64,000 bases of DNA from Candidatus Latescibacterota bacterium (GTDB lineage: Bacteria; Latescibacterota; UBA2968; UBA8231), in contig OZ244561.1 of assembly GCA_965217585.1 (NCBI GenBank), positions 3,008,001 through 3,072,000 of the forward strand. Direction: 5' to 3'. The notes under the pieces were generated by a model. The model saw only the letters and a list, made by a program, of their open reading frames with translations, had not been told where the DNA came from and did no database searches. Positions 46,235-55,227 of this stretch are shown here, in pieces (within the stretch, counting starts at the first letter, position 1; each line of letters starts with the position of its first letter). The translations under genes and the position numbers were made by a program.

Positions 46235-48460
46235 TCAAGTTCGAAACCGCCAAGGAATAGTGGCGAAAAAATTTTTGATCTCCTCATAACGTTTCATTCT
46301 CTTTTTGAGGACTTGGAGGTCTTCTTGGCTGTCTTTAAAAGCATCTTTAAGCTCCTTGATATATTTCTTGTGCTGCTTATCAAGGTTATCTGCGCCCTTA
46401 TTGAAAGCAGTCAAAGTTTCCTTCCAGAAGGATTCGGAATCCTTCTCAATGCTTGAAAGTACGTTCTTCTCATCAAACAAGCCTTTGATTTTCTTGGCCA
46501 AACGTAGTTGCCAACTGTCTCCAAAAAGCAATTTAAAAGAAGCTCCTACCGCAATGGCCACTCCGAGTGCTAAGGTAATTGGCCCTCCCAGTGTCGAGAC
46601 AAGTGCAGTGGCACCAGCCGTACCGCCCGCGACAGAGATTCCCGTAGCGGACAGAGCACTAACCCCCTTTGCAACGATCACATATCCGCCAAGGTTGCCC
46701 AAGGTGGCAGCCCAAGCACCAAGGGCACCAAGGGTACCAAGTCCCGCTAATCCCCCGATAAATGCCCCCCTTGCATCAAATGGTGTGGAAAATTCTTCTT
46801 TTATGTTCGCATTGCCGAACTTTCCTATTTGCTCATCGTAGCTTTTTACGAATTTCTCAATGATATTGCGAGTCTCATTTATTAATTTTTCCCGATGACT
46901 CGCCGTCTTGGATTGAATTTCTTTAAGGACATAAGCGGAGGCATACTTCTGAGCGTCTTTCTTATCCTTGTAGCGTCGTTTTATCATCGCCTCCAGTTTC
47001 TCGACTTTCGTTTCCTCTTCAAAAACCGCTCGTATTTTTTTTAAATCTTCTTCCTTGAATGTGGTAATTTTCTTTTTTATTCGCGTCACCTCTTTATCAT
47101 AGTTCTTCTTTCTTTCAGGTTCCTCCATTTCCAATCGTTTATAGTAACTTCTTGCTTCTTTCAGATGTCTCCGAATTTTCTCATATCCGCTGATTGCCTT
47201 CGCGTAAGTGTCTGTTCCCTCCTCCTTAAATTTGAGGATTTCTTGTCCTGCAAGAATCCTCTTAATGGACGGCATTTTCTGCTCCAGCAAGTCTTTTAAT
47301 TCCTTTTCCAGCTTTTCTCGTTTGCGGGGCTCTTCTTGGTAAAAGCTGAAAAAACGAGCGGCAACATCCTTACTCGATATTAGCCGTCCGTGCCTGCTTA
47401 ATTTTTTAAGGAGATTGCCTTCAAGGTGGTTATAGAGTGCCTCGCTCCCCCCTTTTAATATCTCATCCTCAAGCTGGGGTCTTTTTATACCTGGATGGGC
47501 GTGCGAAGCAATGATGAAAAGATTGCCGAGAATGGGAAAGTTCTCATCAATTGCTCTATAAGGTGGGATGCTGCGTAATAAATGGCTAAGATGTGCGAGG
47601 TCTCCACCATCGATAAATCCTTGCGCAGGACAAAGATACAACAAAACCTCTGCACGACGGCCTAGCCGATCAATAACAGAGGCATTTGTCATCTCGTCGT
47701 CGTATCCAGGCAAATCTACTAAGACGCACGAGTGGAGCAATGGAGCTTTGATAAAAGCCAAGACGGCTCCTTCCTCACTCTTATCTTTTCTACCTTCTAG
47801 GTGGCCTTTCGTGCGTAGCGTATCCCAACTCCCGGCCAAGACGCGGTTATCGGTACAGTACTTTTCCTCGTTCCATCTCTCAGGATCAAAATCAGGTCCC
47901 ATGAGCCACAGATCTTCCTTAAACCATTCGGGCTGGTCAGAGGTATGACGAACAAATGTTGGGTACTTTGTTACTGGACGGTAACCAGTGGGAAGTTGAT
48001 CCCCTCCTAAGTAGAAATTGCAGAGATGGGACTTCCCCGCATCAAAATGCCCGGTGAGTACAACCCATGGTTTTTCTTTTAAGGCGGTAACACGGTCACG
48101 GAACTGCTTAACAGTTGGGTTAATTGGTTCATCCCCCATCTTTTCAAGGTGGGGAAATCGGTCAATGTACTGCCGCAGTAGATTTAAGTCTTCTGTAAGA
48201 GACCCATACAGACTGCTATCGAAGTCAAAGATTGTTTCTTCTGACTCTGACGGGAGTGGAAGAAGCTCGTCAAGAAGCTCAAGAAGCTCGTCAATTGTGC
48301 ATCCTATGGCTCTCGCCCACGCTCTTAACAGATTACTAGGAATTTCTCTGTTGGCCTCGTATTTGGATACTTGGGCTTGAGTAATATCAAGGCTTTGAGC
48401 TAGATCAGCTTGGGTCAATCTTGCTTCTTTTCTAAGTGCCGCTAAGTCCTTTACAGACAT
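46235..48460 (-). CDS. XRE-HTH fused to dynamin-like GTPase
   Basis: N-terminal LTQADLA..QAQVSKYE; G1 GHFDAGKS, G3 DLPG; coiled coils; Gly/Ala-rich hydrophobic segment near the C-terminus. Confidence 0.82.
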   Translation of the reverse strand: MSVKDLAALRKEARLTQADLAQSLDITQAQVSKYEANREIPSNLLRAWARAIGCTIDELLELLDELLPLPSESEETIFDFDSSLYGSLTEDLNLLRQYIDRFPHLEKMGDEPINPTVKQFRDRVTALKEKPWVVLTGHFDAGKSHLCNFYLGGDQLPTGYRPVTKYPTFVRHTSDQPEWFKEDLWLMGPDFDPERWNEEKYCTDNRVLAGSWDTLRTKGHLEGRKDKSEEGAVLAFIKAPLLHSCVLVDLPGYDDEMTNASVIDRLGRRAEVLLYLCPAQGFIDGGDLAHLSHLLRSIPPYRAIDENFPILGNLFIIASHAHPGIKRPQLEDEILKGGSEALYNHLEGNLLKKLSRHGRLISSKDVAARFFSFYQEEPRKREKLEKELKDLLEQKMPSIKRILAGQEILKFKEEGTDTYAKAISGYEKIRRHLKEARSYYKRLEMEEPERKKNYDKEVTRIKKKITTFKEEDLKKIRAVFEEETKVEKLEAMIKRRYKDKKDAQKYASAYVLKEIQSKTASHREKLINETRNIIEKFVKSYDEQIGKFGNANIKEEFSTPFDARGAFIGGLAGLGTLGALGAWAATLGNLGGYVIVAKGVSALSATGISVAGGTAGATALVSTLGGPITLALGVAIAVGASFKLLFGDSWQLRLAKKIKGLFDEKNVLSSIEKDSESFWKETLTAFNKGADNLDKQHKKYIKELKDAFKDSQEDLQVLKKRMKRYEEIKNFFATIPWRFRT

Positions 48461-48518
48461 CAGACAACCTCCTTTATGATTTCTGCGATGTTTTCCACGA
48501 TCGAGCTGTTGAGTTAAG

Positions 48519-48824
48519 TTATCGTTTCGCCAACCCCTTCTGCCGTCCGAGGCGCAGTGTGCGTTTCTGATCCGCTGGCCGTGAGGGATAGGCGGTGACG
48601 ACGCTCTTGCCGCGCATCACGACCTTGCAATTCGCAAGGCGTTCCAGTACTTGGATTTCCCGCTTGCGGATCTCGATTTCGCGGGCGACATCCCGCCTGA
48701 GCGCAATCCAAGCCTCGTCGTCAACCTGCGTTCCCCACTCGATAATGAGGGGAATATCCTTTTCGCGAATGCCCCGCTGCTGCATGCGCGTCTCGGCGTG
48801 GCGGGTATAAGTGATGTCAGTCAT
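48519..48824 (-). CDS. DUF4258 domain protein (putative RNase toxin-like)
   Basis: YTRHAETRMQQRGI...VVTAY; GGAG RBS. Confidence 0.75.
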   Translation of the reverse strand: MTDITYTRHAETRMQQRGIREKDIPLIIEWGTQVDDEAWIALRRDVAREIEIRKREIQVLERLANCKVVMRGKSVVTAYPSRPADQKRTLRLGRQKGLAKR

Positions 48825-48909
48825 TGGTCCTCTCCTCCATTTTTCATTTAGGAGTTGGTCCTTCGGGAATCAGCCTCTCACTTACCACTCTTTCTCTAAA
48901 ACTCTGCGT

Positions 48910-48938
48910 AATATATAATCTCAAAATACTCGTGTCAA
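48910..48938 (-). promoter_or_regulatory. sigma70-type promoter for DUF4258/dynamin operon
   Basis: TTGACA-N17-TATATT. Confidence 0.65.
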
Positions 48939-49117
48939 GATTTATTTAGTAATTTTATTCCAAATATGAATATTTATATTCGCAGGCCAAGGTGAGAGAG
49001 ATTTCTCATATTTAGAGAACACATGTTCAATAGTTAAGTCGGTGGCAAGCAAATCCAGCACATTTCAAAAAATTTACCAGACCTGTGATGCAGGCGGTGC
49101 TTATGGGTAAATACCTT

Positions 49118-51355
49118 ATGAGCGATACCGATCTTTCATCTCTCGTCATCCGCGCCCAGACCGGCGACCGCGCAGCCTACGACGGCATCGTCCGCCGTTT
49201 CCAGGACATGGCGGTAGGCTACGCCTCTGCGTTGCTGGGCGATTTCCACTTGGCTGAGGATGCGGCTCAGGAGGCCTTTGTCGGGGCCTGGACCGAGTTG
49301 CCGCGCTTGCGGGAACCGGCGGCCTTTCCGGGGTGGTTCAAGCGCATTGTTTTTATGCGCTGTAGCCGCTTTTTGCGCCAACGGCATCCGGCGGCGAGAT
49401 GCGAGATGGAGGAGGTACGGCCGCTGGCGGTGAGGGATCCGGGGGAGGAACTTGAGTCGCGCGACGAGAAGGCCCAGGTCTTGGGTGCGATTGGGCGGCT
49501 GCCCGACCAGGAGCGGATGGCGACGATGCTGTTTTACATTTCGGCCTATTCGCACCAAGAAATCGCCTCGTTTTTGGGCTTGTCTGCGGCGACGGTCAAC
49601 AACCGGTTGCGCTCGGCTCGCAAACACCTACGCAAGGAGATGCTGAAGATGGCTAAACGGGAATTGCAGGGACAGGCCCCTTCGCGCGACGAGCGCTTCG
49701 CGCAGCGGGTCGCGCATCTGCTCCAGCCCGAAGACATGAAGACCGAGCACTACCAATACGGGATCGAGGCCGTGGACGGGCATCCGGCTTGGGCGCTTTT
49801 TTGCGCCAGCGGGGCCGGCGATCTAGCGCGGGTCAGCGCGTTACTCGACCGCGACCCCAAGTTGGTCAATGCCCAGTACTGGTACCAGTTTCCCATTCAC
49901 ATGGCGGTGCGCGAGGGCCATGTCGAGGTGGTCCAGCTATTGTTGCAGGCTGGGGCCGATCCGGGCCAGTCGCGCTATACCTATAATTCGTGGGACAAGC
50001 TACTAGCCATCGCCGAGGAGCGCGACTACGGGGAGGTGCAGGCGCTGTTGGTGGCGGCGATGTGCGAGCGCTTTGGCTACGATCCGGGTTTTGTTGTGCT
50101 GGCCGAGGCGATCAAAGGCCGCGACCGGGCGCGGGTCGAGGCGGTGCTGGCCGAGCATCCCGACTTTATCCGTGCCGCCGACGCGCTGGGCAACGGGCCG
50201 CTGCACTGGGCGGCGCTGACGCGGCAAAACGACTTGGTGGATTTCTTTGTCGCACGGGGTGCCGACCTCGAAGCCCGCCGCGCCGATGGCCAGACTCCGC
50301 TACTGGTCTCGCTCAACGGCGACTACTGGTTTCGGACGCGTGATCTGTCGGCGGAAGCGCCGCAAGATCCGTGGATCGTCACCCGCCACTTGCTCGCTTG
50401 CGGTGCGGAGTACGCTCTCAGCATCGCCTGTGCGGCCGGCGATGAAGACCGCGTCGATGCGGTACTGGCGGCCAATCCGGCCCAAGCCCGTACTCTCGAT
50501 GCTGGATGTCCGCTGTCCTATGCCGCTGGCAACGGTCATACCCGAATCGTCGAAAAACTGCTGGATTGGGGTGCCGACCCCAATCAGTCCGAAGAAAATG
50601 CGCCGCGCGGCGGAGCGCTCTTCGGCGCTTGCGCGGGCAACCACTTGGAGACGGCGAAACTGCTGCTGGAACGCGGTGCCGATCCCAACGCCGGGGTGGA
50701 CTCTTCGGGCTCGTGCTTGACCATTGTCGAGGTCAGGCACGGCAAGAAAGGCCAACAAATGCAGGCGCTGTTGCGCGAACACGGTGCCGTGATGCCGCCC
50801 TTTGCCATGGACGACGCGGCGCTGGAACGGGCGATGCGCGAAGGAGAGGTCGTCGTTGCACACCCACAATTTTTGCACGAGTTGATGGGAAGGGACAATC
50901 CTGCGCTCATTGGCGTCTTCTTGGCAACCACGCCGAATGTAGACGACCTGTTCCAACTGACCGACATCTGGGGCGGCAACTACCCTTCGGATCCCGATAC
51001 AATCCGCACCTTGGCCGACCGCGGCCTCGACCTACACCGCGCCAACTGGATCGGCCGCACCTTTCTGCACGGCTGTGCGGAAAAGGGCGATGTGGCGGCG
51101 GCTCGCGTCTTTTTGGAATTGGGAGCCGATATAGAGGCGATCGAGTTGGAATACGGGGGGACGCCTTTGGCCACTGCGGCGCGCAAGGGGCAGGCGGAGA
51201 TGGTGCGGTTTCTATTGCAACAAGGTGCCGATCCAGCCGTGCCGGCCGAATCGCCTTGGGCGCAGCCGCTTTATTGGGCGGAGAAGGAGGGACATGGGGA
51301 AGTGGCGGTGTTGCTCAAAGAGTGGTTCGACGGGAAAGGCGCTGGCGGCGGTTAG
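49118..51355 (+). CDS. ECF sigma factor with C-terminal ankyrin-repeat extension
   Basis: AEDAAQEAF, FPGWF (region 2); EIASFLGLS..TVNNRL (region 4); several ankyrin repeats. Confidence 0.88.
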   Translation: MSDTDLSSLVIRAQTGDRAAYDGIVRRFQDMAVGYASALLGDFHLAEDAAQEAFVGAWTELPRLREPAAFPGWFKRIVFMRCSRFLRQRHPAARCEMEEVRPLAVRDPGEELESRDEKAQVLGAIGRLPDQERMATMLFYISAYSHQEIASFLGLSAATVNNRLRSARKHLRKEMLKMAKRELQGQAPSRDERFAQRVAHLLQPEDMKTEHYQYGIEAVDGHPAWALFCASGAGDLARVSALLDRDPKLVNAQYWYQFPIHMAVREGHVEVVQLLLQAGADPGQSRYTYNSWDKLLAIAEERDYGEVQALLVAAMCERFGYDPGFVVLAEAIKGRDRARVEAVLAEHPDFIRAADALGNGPLHWAALTRQNDLVDFFVARGADLEARRADGQTPLLVSLNGDYWFRTRDLSAEAPQDPWIVTRHLLACGAEYALSIACAAGDEDRVDAVLAANPAQARTLDAGCPLSYAAGNGHTRIVEKLLDWGADPNQSEENAPRGGALFGACAGNHLETAKLLLERGADPNAGVDSSGSCLTIVEVRHGKKGQQMQALLREHGAVMPPFAMDDAALERAMREGEVVVAHPQFLHELMGRDNPALIGVFLATTPNVDDLFQLTDIWGGNYPSDPDTIRTLADRGLDLHRANWIGRTFLHGCAEKGDVAAARVFLELGADIEAIELEYGGTPLATAARKGQAEMVRFLLQQGADPAVPAESPWAQPLYWAEKEGHGEVAVLLKEWFDGKGAGGG

Positions 51356-52035
51356 AGCGTTATCGTCCACCAGTGGTATTCTCCCTTTAATGCAGCTTGG
51401 TCGAGCAAGGTAGCGTCTATACGGGACGGGTCGGTGATTAGGGCACCGCTGGGGCCACGACCCTCCCGGGCGCAGTAAGCGTGGGCTTGTTGCACGGCAC
51501 GGTGCTGAATTTCCGCACTAGCGTCGGCAAGCCCTTCGAGCCACACGCCGCGATAAGTGATGGTGTCAACCGGCAGCAGACGGACGGGGTCGGTCTTGCC
51601 GTTGGCGGCACTTGCTTGCGGTGGCCAGATATAGAGGCTGTGTGGGCGCTGGTCGGTTGCATAGCCGCAGTGGGTAAAGCAGCGCTGGCTCGGCGCGTTA
51701 TCGGCGCGGATGAGTGCGCGCGATAGGTGAAATCCACGGCGGCGGGCTGTTGTCCAAGTTGATTCGATCAAGTACCGACCGTGGCCGCGGCCTTGGCTTT
51801 GTGGACGGACGGCAAGGCTGTCGACAAACCAGGGGTTGTCCGCTGCGCCGTCTAGGGCGAAGGCGGAGACAAAGCCAGCGACTTCGTTTCCTTCTACAGC
51901 GACGTGGAGGTCAATGGTGGGGGCGGCAATCTGGCGGAGGCAAACTTCCGGTTCGATCTGCTCCGCGAAGGCTGCCTTGCAGACTTGGGCGATGCCGGGG
52001 ATATCGCTTGCGATAGCGGGGCGGATAGTACGCAT
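51352..52035 (-). CDS. GNAT family N-acetyltransferase
   Basis: IRPA, LAVRPQSQGRGHG, N..S..F...GY. Confidence 0.85.
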   Translation of the reverse strand: MRTIRPAIASDIPGIAQVCKAAFAEQIEPEVCLRQIAAPTIDLHVAVEGNEVAGFVSAFALDGAADNPWFVDSLAVRPQSQGRGHGRYLIESTWTTARRRGFHLSRALIRADNAPSQRCFTHCGYATDQRPHSLYIWPPQASAANGKTDPVRLLPVDTITYRGVWLEGLADASAEIQHRAVQQAHAYCAREGRGPSGALITDPSRIDATLLDQAALKGEYHWWTITL

Positions 52036-52170
52036 TAGAAGGTGGCGAAGTTCCCGAAGACGGGAATACACTGGCCGGAGAAGTGGATGATGGAGGTGAG
52101 GTGGATGCCCATGGTGTATTTGTAGTCTTTGCCGCTGCTGTGTGCAAGGGGCCGCTCGCATGTCATCGCT

Positions 52171-52212
52171 GATAGCGAATATATTGACATTTCGTTATCT
52201 AATGGATATGGT
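52171..52212 (+). promoter_or_regulatory. TA promoter with operator palindrome
   Basis: TTGACA-N17-TATGGT; inverted repeat GATAGCGAA...TTCGTTATC flanks the -35 box. Confidence 0.65.
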
Positions 52213-52218
52213 TGTCGC

Positions 52219-52298
52219 ATGTTCACGGTGATGATTGCCAAGGAAGTAAGGCGGCGGCCCCGCACGATGCCAAACAACGTGGAGAAGCATACCGATGA
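52219..52298 (+). pseudogene. RelE/HigB-like toxin with nearly complete internal deletion
   Basis: MFTVMIAKEVRR..TMPNN joined out of frame to RGEAYR*; TGA overlaps the antitoxin ATG. Confidence 0.7.
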
Positions 52299-52663
52299 CT
52301 AGTGCCCCTCAGATCGTCGTCTTGGCCGGCGAGGAATATGCTATCGTCCCTCGCGCCGAATACGATGCACTGCGCACCGCCGTTGACGAAGACGCTATGG
52401 ATGCCGCCATCATCCAGCGCGTTCTCGATGACCCCGATCAGGAACTCGTGCCCCTCGAACTCACCAAGCGCATCGCCGACGGAGAACATCCGGTCCGGGT
52501 GTGGCGCGAGTATCGCGGCATGAAGGCCAGCGAACTGGCCGCTGCCGCCAATATCGCGGCCTCTTATTTGTCCGATATTGAGCACGGGAAGAAGCCTGGA
52601 TCGCTCAAAGCAATGAAGCGCATCGCGACGACGCTCAACCTCACAGTGGACGATTTGATTTAG
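52295..52663 (+). CDS. XRE-HTH antitoxin (HigA-like)
   Basis: GEEYAIVPRAEY, HPVRVWREYRG, SYLSDIEHGKK. Confidence 0.88.
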   Translation: MTSAPQIVVLAGEEYAIVPRAEYDALRTAVDEDAMDAAIIQRVLDDPDQELVPLELTKRIADGEHPVRVWREYRGMKASELAAAANIAASYLSDIEHGKKPGSLKAMKRIATTLNLTVDDLI

Positions 52664-52698
52664 TTTCAATCCGCTCCCCCGCCGAAACGAGGAGAGAC
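52663..52698 (-). CRISPR. Solitary CRISPR direct-repeat-like unit (no array)
   Basis: 36-mer GTCTCTCCTCGTTTCGGCGGGGGAGCGGATTGAAAC with GT start, internal hairpin and ATTGAAAC end; only one copy seen. Confidence 0.55.
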
Positions 52699-52778
52699 TC
52701 GCAACTGGAGCTGCCAGAACATGATTGCTCTTCTATGTTGGCAGCGCAGGCAACTCCGGCACTTGGACTACCGGCCTC

Positions 52779-53732
52779 CTATTGATGCGCCCGGTTAATC
52801 AGCACTGCACTCAGAATCAACGCCCCCCGCACCACGAGTTGCCAGTACTCGCTGATGTTCATCAGCGTCATGCCGTTGACCAAAATACCCAAGAACACAA
52901 CGCCGATCAGGGTGCCGCGTATCTGACCCTCGCCGCCCATCAAGCTGGTGCCGCCGATGATGACCGCGGCGATCACGTCCAGCTCCCACCCCTTGGCCGT
53001 CGTCGCTGCGCCGGACATGATCTCGGCCGACTGCATGATGCCGGCCAGCGCGGCCAAAAAGGCGACAATTGCCATGACGGCGATCTTGATTTTGCCGACC
53101 TCAATGCCGCTGAGCCGCGCGGCCTCGGCATTGCCGCCCACCGCGTAGATCGAGCGCCCCAGCGTGGTGTAGCCCATCAGGAAATGGGTCGTCACAAAGA
53201 CCAGTGCGAAAATTAGTGCCGGAAAGGGCACCCCGAGGAGATAACCGCCGCCCAGAAAATTGTACCACTCGGGAAAGGGCGTCAGTGGAAATCCCCCGGT
53301 GATGAGTTGCGCCGATCCAGTCAAGACCGTCATCCAAGCCAGGGTGATGATAAAGGTCGGCACCCCGAAGCGCACGCGGATAAACCCGCTCAGGGCACCG
53401 ATACTTAGACCGACTAGCAAGGCTGCTAGCATGGCCCCGGGGACCGCTAGCTCTACCGCCAGCCCAGTCCCGGCCAAGTGCTGAGTCAAATAGGCGGTCA
53501 GGCAGCCGGCAAAAGCCACCGCCGATCCCACGCTCAGGTCGATCTCCCCAGAGATGATAACCATCGTCATGCCAAAGGCGATGATGCCCTGCATGGACAC
53601 GTTGCGCAGCACGTTGAGCAGATTGTTCACCGAGAAAAACCCTTCGGCCTCAAACGCCAAGATCGCGCAGAGGACGAAGAGGATGATCTCCATAATCGAG
53701 CGCTTCACCCACGCCAAAAGCCGTTCACGCAT
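52779..53732 (-). CDS. Monosaccharide (ribose-type) ABC permease
   Basis: GEIDLSVGS, GGNAEAARLSG, IAAVIIGGTSL.GG.G. Confidence 0.93.
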   Translation of the reverse strand: MRERLLAWVKRSIMEIILFVLCAILAFEAEGFFSVNNLLNVLRNVSMQGIIAFGMTMVIISGEIDLSVGSAVAFAGCLTAYLTQHLAGTGLAVELAVPGAMLAALLVGLSIGALSGFIRVRFGVPTFIITLAWMTVLTGSAQLITGGFPLTPFPEWYNFLGGGYLLGVPFPALIFALVFVTTHFLMGYTTLGRSIYAVGGNAEAARLSGIEVGKIKIAVMAIVAFLAALAGIMQSAEIMSGAATTAKGWELDVIAAVIIGGTSLMGGEGQIRGTLIGVVFLGILVNGMTLMNISEYWQLVVRGALILSAVLINRAHQ

Positions 53733-55227
53733 TGCGGCCCGCCCCCATGCAGCGCAGCGCTAGCTCGTCGGCGCTGATTTCCCCGGGCCGCACTTGGCCT
53801 TCAATTCTTCCCTCGCGCATGATTAAGATCCGGTGGCAGACTTCGACCAATTCTTCCAACTCGGTCGATACAAAAAGCGAGGCAATGCCCTGGCGGCTCA
53901 AATCCCACATGGCCTCAAAGATCTGCTGCTTGGCCTGCACATCCACGCCGCGCGTCGGTTCGTCGAAGAGCATGACCCGAGGGCGATTGCCCAGCCAATT
54001 GCCCAACACCACCTTTTGCTGATTCCCGCCACTCAGCGCCGAGACCGGAGCTTCGGTGTCGGCGACCTTGATTTCGAGTTGGGTCACCAAGGAGTCCACC
54101 ACGGCCTGCTCTCCCACGCGGGTGATATATCCTCGATGGGCAATTCGGCCCATGCTCGCCAAGCACATATTGGCGCGGATGCTATGCGCTTGGATCAGGG
54201 CCTCTTCCTTGCGGTTTTCAGGGGTAAAGGCCAAGCCCTGCGCCTTCATTTTCGGGGGGGTCGGTGCTTCTACGCGCTGGCCTTGGACCGCGATTTGTCC
54301 GCGGTCGCAGGCGTCTGCGCCGAAGAGGGCGCGCAGCAGTTCGGTGCGTCCCGCGCCCAGCATTCCGGCAATGCCGAGGATTTCGCCTTCGTAGAGCGCG
54401 AAACTCACATCGGCGAAGGCGTCCCCGCGCGACAAGCCCTGCACCTCCAGCACCGGAGTTGCACCCGGTCGCAAATCATCCGGCCGCTCCTGCTGCGCGA
54501 TCTCGCCAAACATCATTTGCACGATCTTTGCGACGCTCGTCTCCCGCATCGCCACCGTGCCGATGTGATGCCCGTCGCGCAGCACCGTGACCTGGTCGGC
54601 GATAGAGCGCAATTCCTGTAAGCGGTGAGAGATGTAGATGATTGCCACGCCGGCTGCCGCCAGCCCTTTGACCACGCGGAAGAGCTGGGCGGTCTCGTGC
54701 GTCGCCAGTGCCGAGGTCGGCTCGTCGAGGATGAGCACGGCCGGGTCAAAGGACATGGCCTTGGCGATCTCGACGATCTGCTGCTGCGCTACCCCTAAAT
54801 CGCCAGCGCGCGCCCGGACATCAATGGCGACTCCCAGCCGCGCGAGCACATCCTCGGCCCGGGTGTAGGTTGCCGCCCAGTCGATGAGTCCGCGCCGTTT
54901 CGGCGTCCGGCCGAGCAGGATATTCTCGGCCACGGTCAACCCTGGCACCAAGCTCAGCTCCTGATAGACCATGGCGATGCCGCAGTCAAAGGCGTCCTGC
55001 GGCGAGCGCAGCGCGACCGGTGCCCCATCGCAGAGGATGCGCCCCCTGCTTGGGGCGACCGATCCGGCTAGGATCTTGACCAGCGTGCTTTTGCCAGCGC
55101 CGTTTTTGCCGATCAGCGCGTGGACCTCGCCGGGGGCAAACCCCACCGAAACCCCGTCGAGCGCCACGGTCCCCGGGTAGTCCTTGCCTAGGTCTTCAAC
55201 TGCTAGTTTGAAAGGGAGTTGGCTCAC
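53725..55227 (-). CDS. Monosaccharide ABC ATP-binding protein (RbsA-like, two domains)
   Basis: GKNGAGKS, LDEPT, ISHRL, LSGGNQQK. Confidence 0.93.
   Translation of the reverse strand: MSQLPFKLAVEDLGKDYPGTVALDGVSVGFAPGEVHALIGKNGAGKSTLVKILAGSVAPSRGRILCDGAPVALRSPQDAFDCGIAMVYQELSLVPGLTVAENILLGRTPKRRGLIDWAATYTRAEDVLARLGVAIDVRARAGDLGVAQQQIVEIAKAMSFDPAVLILDEPTSALATHETAQLFRVVKGLAAAGVAIIYISHRLQELRSIADQVTVLRDGHHIGTVAMRETSVAKIVQMMFGEIAQQERPDDLRPGATPVLEVQGLSRGDAFADVSFALYEGEILGIAGMLGAGRTELLRALFGADACDRGQIAVQGQRVEAPTPPKMKAQGLAFTPENRKEEALIQAHSIRANMCLASMGRIAHRGYITRVGEQAVVDSLVTQLEIKVADTEAPVSALSGGNQQKVVLGNWLGNRPRVMLFDEPTRGVDVQAKQQIFEAMWDLSRQGIASLFVSTELEELVEVCHRILIMREGRIEGQVRPGEISADELALRCMGAGRNA

Noticed and set aside
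52035-52277. 80-aa ORF upstream of GNAT
   Set aside because: 5' half overlaps the TA promoter; the last 40 or so codons may be an orphan gene tail, but I cannot assign them
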